In this document: piece after piece, positions 59,886-64,000 of the stretch
How the letters are laid out: each line of letters begins with the position of its first letter
Numbering within the stretch: the stretch's first letter is position 1
Origin: Treponema sp. J25
Lineage (GTDB): Bacteria; Spirochaetota; Spirochaetia; Treponematales; Breznakiellaceae
Direction of reading: 5' to 3'
NCBI RefSeq assembly: GCF_004343725.1
Contig: NZ_PTQW01000032.1
Coordinates: 9,287 to 73,286, forward strand
Length of the DNA: 64,000 nt
Translations under genes and position numbers: made by a program
Notes under the pieces: generated by a model
Databases searched by the model: none
What the model was told of the DNA's origin: nothing
What the model saw: only the letters and a program-made list of their open reading frames with translations

Positions 59886-61484
59886 TTGTCTGCCATGGAT
59901 TCTCATGATACTATGAAAGATATGGCAAAGACAGTCTCGGTTCTGGTGACCTTTATAGGAAATCGGGATCCCTATCCACAGGATGATGAAACTCCGGGGC
60001 CTATTCTATCCTTTTTATTGCAGCATCCGGTAGATATCGTTTATATGCTTTGCAGCAGCGCTGCCTACCATGAGCGAGCCCAAGATTTAATAAGAGAAGC
60101 TAAAGATGAAGGATTGGTCACCAAATTCGAAACGGTAGATTTTTATGTTCCCGATGTGGTCGATTACGGAATAATCTGGGAACGGTTGCTCATGAGTCTT
60201 ACGGATATACAACAGCGTGTTCATGAACATCTTCCAGTACGGATAAGTGTAGAATGGCTTTTTTTACTGGACTCCGGAACCCCGCAGATGAAATCCTGCC
60301 TTTTTCTTGCTGCCGCGACACAACAATTTCCGGCTCGTCTTTACCAGGGCATTCCGCCAGCCTTCTCCGGTGGAGCCTATAAGAGCCGCCAAGTAAACAT
60401 AGAACCTTTTTCTTTTATGCGGCCTGCATTCATTGTGGAAGGGAAGGTTCCAAATGTATATGAGGCTGATATAGGAGCGAATACAAATACCACTGGGAGT
60501 AATGCTCCCAAATATCGGGAAGCAGAAGAACGGGCATTGCGTATTGCCCGATATGAAGACCCGGTACTGCTTTTAGGCGAGACCGGTACAGGAAAAACCA
60601 GAATAGCCCGTCAGATACATGATGCGAGTCCCCGGAAAAGCGGGCCATTTGTAGAAGTAAATTGTTCAGCTATTCCGCGGGATCTAGCAGAAAGCGAACT
60701 TTTTGGTCATGTCCAGGGAGCCTTTACCGGAGCCAATAAAAATCGAAGCGGCAAAATCCGGGCTGCTCAAGGGGGGACCCTGTTCCTTGACGAAATCGGA
60801 GACCTGCCGCTGGAACTGCAGGTTAAGCTCCTTAAGGTGTTGGAAGAACACACCCTGTATCCAGTTGGCTCCGATGAACCTGTTACGGTTAATGTCCGGC
60901 TTATCGCGGCAACCCACCGGGATTTAGAACACATGGTAAAAGATGGCAGTTTTCGTAAGGACTTGTACCAGCGCCTTAAGGTTGTTGTCATTCGGCTTCC
61001 GCCTCTGCGGGACCGCAAAGAAGATATTTTACCTCTGGCTGACTATTTCCTTGATGAACGGAACCGTAAATATGGGGAACATAAGGAGCTTTCTGAGGCA
61101 GTAAAAAGCCGTTTGCTTGAATACTCGTGGCCCGGAAATGTCCGGGAATTGCGGAATACGATAGACAGCGCCTGTTCCATATCCCAGAAGGAGCTCATCG
61201 AGCTGGATGTATTGCCCGAAGAATTACAAGCTGGCACCTGGAGTAAGTATGGAATGCACGGCGCGTCTGGTGATATGCCGGGGGAGATCCTGCCTCCGGA
61301 AGGCTTGGATCTGCGGGCCCGACTGCTCCAAATGGAATGGAGTTATGTAGCGGCGGCTTTGCGCAGAACCGGAGGTAACCGGGAAGCGGCGGCAAAACTT
61401 TTGGGCATGACTGGTCATGCGTTTCGCAAGGCCCTACGGGAACGGCTTGCCGGTTTTTTCGAAAACGAATGGGAAGGAGAATAA
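59886..61484 (+). CDS. RtcR-family σ54-dependent transcriptional activator: N-terminal CARF domain, σ54-interaction AAA+ domain, C-terminal HTH
   Basis: AAA+ motifs [14 protein letters not shown] loop, …LFLDEIGDL…. The N-terminus (…[10 protein letters not shown]…[28 protein letters not shown]…) aligns in my recall with the E. coli RtcR CARF region (…HITTGTHVAQICWFLLAEARYLPARLIQ…). At 532 aa it matches RtcR in length. The exact start is uncertain (Met at 59886, 59895 or 59922). Confidence 0.8.
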   Translation: MSAMDSHDTMKDMAKTVSVLVTFIGNRDPYPQDDETPGPILSFLLQHPVDIVYMLCSSAAYHERAQDLIREAKDEGLVTKFETVDFYVPDVVDYGIIWERLLMSLTDIQQRVHEHLPVRISVEWLFLLDSGTPQMKSCLFLAAATQQFPARLYQGIPPAFSGGAYKSRQVNIEPFSFMRPAFIVEGKVPNVYEADIGANTNTTGSNAPKYREAEERALRIARYEDPVLLLGETGTGKTRIARQIHDASPRKSGPFVEVNCSAIPRDLAESELFGHVQGAFTGANKNRSGKIRAAQGGTLFLDEIGDLPLELQVKLLKVLEEHTLYPVGSDEPVTVNVRLIAATHRDLEHMVKDGSFRKDLYQRLKVVVIRLPPLRDRKEDILPLADYFLDERNRKYGEHKELSEAVKSRLLEYSWPGNVRELRNTIDSACSISQKELIELDVLPEELQAGTWSKYGMHGASGDMPGEILPPEGLDLRARLLQMEWSYVAAALRRTGGNREAAAKLLGMTGHAFRKALRERLAGFFENEWEGE

Positions 61485-61485
61485 G

Positions 61486-62628
61486 ATGCCGGAACGACAG
61501 GTACTCATTTGTACGGTAGGAACCAGTCTTTTTTCTGGGAATCTGGAACGGCTTCCCTTCGAAAGAGACAATCCCCCGAATTGGGAGAACCTTAAAAGGA
61601 CATATCAAGAAAAAAATTGGAGGGCCCTCGCAAGAGAATTAGCGTGCCTTCCGCCAGATAGCCGGGTCTGTGGTGCAGAAATTAATACCATCCACGAACT
61701 TATTACCCAAAAAGGACTTCCTTTGAGGGCCATCCATTTTCTTGTCTCGGATACGCCGGCAGGAGAAGAAACAGGAAAGGTACTTCAATATTACTTTAAA
61801 AATCATTCTTCCCATCATTTTAGTGTCGTAGAATATCACCGAATCGAAAAATTACAGGACCAACATCCTCAGGATTTTAAAGTGTATGGGTTACGTAACC
61901 TGGCCCGGGAAATTGGCACTATCATTCAGCGGATAGGTGGCCCCGAAAAGGTGCTTATCGATGCCACCGGTGGTTACAAGGCCCAAATTGCCATTGGATT
62001 GCTTATCGGCCAGGTGCTCAATATTCCGGTCATGTATAAACATGAACGGTTTTCTCAGATTATCGATTTTCCCCCTTTGCCGGTTTCTTTTGATTACAGC
62101 CTTTTTGGAACCTATGCGGGGCTTTTGCACTATCTTGAAAAAGGTATTGTCACGGTAGATTCGGAAGAACTAGATCTAACCGAAGAGGATGAAAAACTCC
62201 GGGTCCTCCTGGAAGAAACAGATGTGGGGAACAGACGACTTTTTGCCTTAAGCCCCATTGGTCAAATATACCTTCTTGGATACCGATTACACCATCAACG
62301 GGAAGTAACAGAACTGGCTTCAGCTCAAAATAAAGAGGTGCCCCACTTTTCGGATGACCACTATCCCGAAGGTTTTAAGGACTATGTGAAAAAGATTTGG
62401 AGAGAAGTCCCCTGGATTGTAACCATAAAAAGCCTTCCTTATTACCAACAACGGTCCATTAAAGGGAGGGGTTTTACGGTACGAGAAATAGAAGGGCAGC
62501 TTCGACTGGTTGGCACCTATCGGGATAGAAACGACTTCGGAGCCCGCTTTGAGATTATTCCCACCGATACTTCCCGGGAAGCCCTTATATACGCGGTGGA
62601 ACTGTTAAATGAAAGATACGGAGATTAA
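61486..62628 (+). CDS. CARF-domain protein (Csx1/Csm6/Csa3-like sensor domain) with a non-HEPN C-terminal region (wHTH-like segment plus ~100 aa unknown)
   Basis: CARF signatures …VLICTVGTS… and …VLIDATGGYK…. The ATG at 61486 is preceded by a GGAAGGAG ribosome-binding site and begins 1 nt after the activator stop codon. No Rx4-6H motif is present in the C-terminal half. Confidence 0.7.
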   Translation: MPERQVLICTVGTSLFSGNLERLPFERDNPPNWENLKRTYQEKNWRALARELACLPPDSRVCGAEINTIHELITQKGLPLRAIHFLVSDTPAGEETGKVLQYYFKNHSSHHFSVVEYHRIEKLQDQHPQDFKVYGLRNLAREIGTIIQRIGGPEKVLIDATGGYKAQIAIGLLIGQVLNIPVMYKHERFSQIIDFPPLPVSFDYSLFGTYAGLLHYLEKGIVTVDSEELDLTEEDEKLRVLLEETDVGNRRLFALSPIGQIYLLGYRLHHQREVTELASAQNKEVPHFSDDHYPEGFKDYVKKIWREVPWIVTIKSLPYYQQRSIKGRGFTVREIEGQLRLVGTYRDRNDFGARFEIIPTDTSREALIYAVELLNERYGD

Positions 62629-62646
62629 AGGAAAAGGATGTGTGGC

Positions 62647-62688
62647 GTAACAAAAGTTCCATAACGACGGAACAAAGGTTACTTTTTT
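62647..62688 (+). terminator. Copy 2 of the 36-nt nested palindrome (GTAACAAAAGTTCCATAACGACGGAACAAAGGTTAC) followed by TTTTTT; likely intrinsic terminator and/or protein-binding site
   Basis: Lies 19 nt after the CARF gene stop, with a T-run directly 3' of the stem. Confidence 0.5.
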
Positions 62689-62907
62689 AAGCACCCCTAT
62701 TTTAGGAACGCCGGGTTGAATTTCCGTGTTTGAGTCGCCTACAGCCGGACTACCGTTCCAAAGTTCCTACAGGGAAGTGGTTTTTTCTTCTCGTATAAAT
62801 AAGAGGATGTTAGTAGTATGGCGGATAGAGTTTTTAGAGATATTAGAGATTATAGAAATATCAAGTCATTTAACCATTTCTAATATAAGAAATTAAACAC
62901 AAAAACA

Positions 62908-62937
62908 TTGACAATTTTTAAATCTCAGAAGTATCAT
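62908..62937 (+). promoter_or_regulatory. Candidate σ70-type promoter upstream of cas6 (TTGACA-18 nt-TATCAT)
   Basis: Sequence match only. The 18-nt spacer and the closeness of the -10 to the AGGAG ribosome-binding site make it uncertain. Confidence 0.3.
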
Positions 62938-62950
62938 AGGAGTAACTATC

Positions 62951-63874
62951 ATGGGCCATCAGCTTACCAGCCTTTCACTCAATTGTACTATCACTTTTCA
63001 GAAAGCCGTTAGAGTAGATACCTATCCACCCTTTGTTATCCGAAGTGTGTTGGGCTACCATCTTAAACGAATGCACTGTGTAAGCCACCAGACCCCCTGT
63101 CAGGACTGCGTTTTCCGGCGCACCTGTGCCTATGTGTTTTTGTTCGAGAGTATTATCGACAAGGATACCCCGGTTTTAGAGGGCCGCGATCGAGCAAGTC
63201 ATCCCTTTAGGCTCATTGCCCACACTGAACCGGGTAGGGAGGCACGGGAACTTCCCTTAACGGTTCAGCTATTTGGTCGAGGGGTGGAATATGTGCCCCA
63301 CGTGGTCTTTGCATTACGGGAAGGAGGGAAAGGGGGACTTTTTCGGGAGCGGGTCCCCTACAAAATCAGCGTGAACAATGTAAAGGGAGAGGCAATTCTT
63401 GAAGGGGACCGGCTCGTGCAGTCCCGTCTGAGCACTGAGCGGTATAGCTATCCGGACGGCGACGAGATGGAAAGCCGAACGCTTCATATTTACTGTCACA
63501 GTCCCCTGCGTTTTAAGGTGAATAATCGCCTAACCAGCGATTTTTCTGGTCGGGACCTGATAGCCGCCACGAGCCGGCATCTGGACACGCTGTTTTTTCT
63601 TTATGGGAATGGCACAGAATTTGCAAAAGAAATACAAAACCAAAAGTGGGAGGGAGAAGTAAAAATAACCCATCGGGACCTGGCATGGCGGGATTACCCG
63701 CGGTTCTCCCGCCGCCAGGGAACTCCGATGAAACTGGGCGGCCACGTGGGACGCCTTACCCTAAGTGGAAGCGCCCCCCGCTGGGTCTGGGAAACCCTGC
63801 ACCTGGCAGGCCGCATCGGCACCGGCAAAAACACAAGCTTCGGCTTTGGCCATATCGAAGTAACGGAGGAGTGA
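62951..63874 (+). CDS. cas6: CRISPR-associated endoribonuclease Cas6
   Basis: Duplicated ferredoxin-like (RAMP) organisation with the C-terminal glycine-rich loop GRIGTGKNTSFGFGHIE characteristic of Cas6; length 307 aa. Confidence 0.7.
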   Translation: MGHQLTSLSLNCTITFQKAVRVDTYPPFVIRSVLGYHLKRMHCVSHQTPCQDCVFRRTCAYVFLFESIIDKDTPVLEGRDRASHPFRLIAHTEPGREARELPLTVQLFGRGVEYVPHVVFALREGGKGGLFRERVPYKISVNNVKGEAILEGDRLVQSRLSTERYSYPDGDEMESRTLHIYCHSPLRFKVNNRLTSDFSGRDLIAATSRHLDTLFFLYGNGTEFAKEIQNQKWEGEVKITHRDLAWRDYPRFSRRQGTPMKLGGHVGRLTLSGSAPRWVWETLHLAGRIGTGKNTSFGFGHIEVTEE

Positions 63875-63881
63875 GGGGAAG

Positions 63882-63995
63882 ATGGAATTTTATATTGAAC
63901 GTTATAAAAACAGAGAAGAACTTGTATTTGATTGTGAAGTCATTACACCAATGTTTTTATCCGGTGCGGACCCTAAAACATATAATGAGCCCTAG
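63882..63995 (+). CDS. Start of a RAMP-superfamily (Cmr1/Cas7-like) gene; very AT-rich and terminated by an in-frame TAG after 37 codons within the window (fragment or pseudogene?)
   Basis: MEFYIERYKNREELVFDCEVITPMFLSGADPKTYNEP*. The motif ITP-F-GGADP resembles RAMP N-terminal motifs. The window ends at 64000. Confidence 0.3.
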   Translation: MEFYIERYKNREELVFDCEVITPMFLSGADPKTYNEP

Positions 63996-64000
63996 AAACT

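Noticed and set aside
59759-62688. CRISPR array
   Set aside because: Only two 36-nt copies exist, about 2.85 kb apart, with protein-coding genes between them. There is no regular repeat-spacer periodicity anywhere in the window.
62683-62950. σ54 promoter upstream of cas6 that would let the CARF-bEBP control the cas operon directly
   Set aside because: There is no GG-N10-GC match with TGGCAC/TTGC character on either strand in this interval; only a weak σ70-like TTGACA…TATCAT was found.
5577-63995. Genome-wide TAG reassignment (two in-frame TAGs: the EamA transporter and the RAMP start)
   Set aside because: TAG is the terminator of murA (7188-7190) and thrC (25690-25692) at the expected protein ends, so TAG functions as stop here.
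1-64000. tRNA, rRNA or tmRNA genes
   Set aside because: I scanned intergenic regions for T-loop (GGTTCGAATCC-like) and other hallmark sequences and found none. The absence should be confirmed with tRNAscan-SE and Infernal.

Overview
This 64 kb window is a chromosomal segment of roughly 52% GC, judged by eye. Most of it is ordinary core genome with a spirochaete-like flavour (cyclophilin–FKBP dual PPIase, MinD-like ATPase plus a giant FapA/DUF342 protein, speD–speE, dnaX–ybaB–recR). The recognisable housekeeping genes are murA, thrC, lgt, tkt, glpK, dnaX, ybaB, recR, speD, speE, rsmE, a TrmH-family methyltransferase, a Ctp S41 protease, Hsp20, PspA, a MoxR–DUF58–DUF4129 operon, a LolCDE-like ABC transporter with a LolA-like protein, SPFH and GntR, an HD-GYP phosphodiesterase, a hybrid sensor kinase, and AEC and EamA transporters. 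The last ~7 kb (about 56.7–64 kb) is clearly accessory. It holds three degraded IS3-family transposase remnants, including an IS-into-IS insertion, followed by two visibly AT-rich secreted/lipoprotein genes. After these come an RtcR-family CARF–σ54 enhancer-binding activator and a tightly coupled CARF-domain protein with a non-HEPN C-terminus, then cas6 and the start of a RAMP gene, which is the edge of a type III CRISPR-Cas locus. Divergent from the activator is a near-consensus σ54 promoter (TGGCAT-N5-TTGCA) that drives the two AT-rich secreted-protein genes. A 36-nt nested palindrome sits at the expected enhancer distance from that promoter, and a second copy closes the CARF cassette just upstream of cas6. 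I read this as a candidate cyclic-oligonucleotide- or RNA-end-sensing σ54 regulatory module attached to type III CRISPR-Cas, and it is the most interesting thing in the window. Smaller observations include an aspartate-less OmpR-family regulator with 11-bp-periodic direct-repeat sites whose cores are perfect DnaA-box 9-mers, a CIRCE-like inverted repeat upstream of hsp20, a GntR operator palindrome, an EamA transporter split by a single in-frame TAG, and a few hairpins. I found no tRNA or rRNA genes and no CRISPR array in the window.
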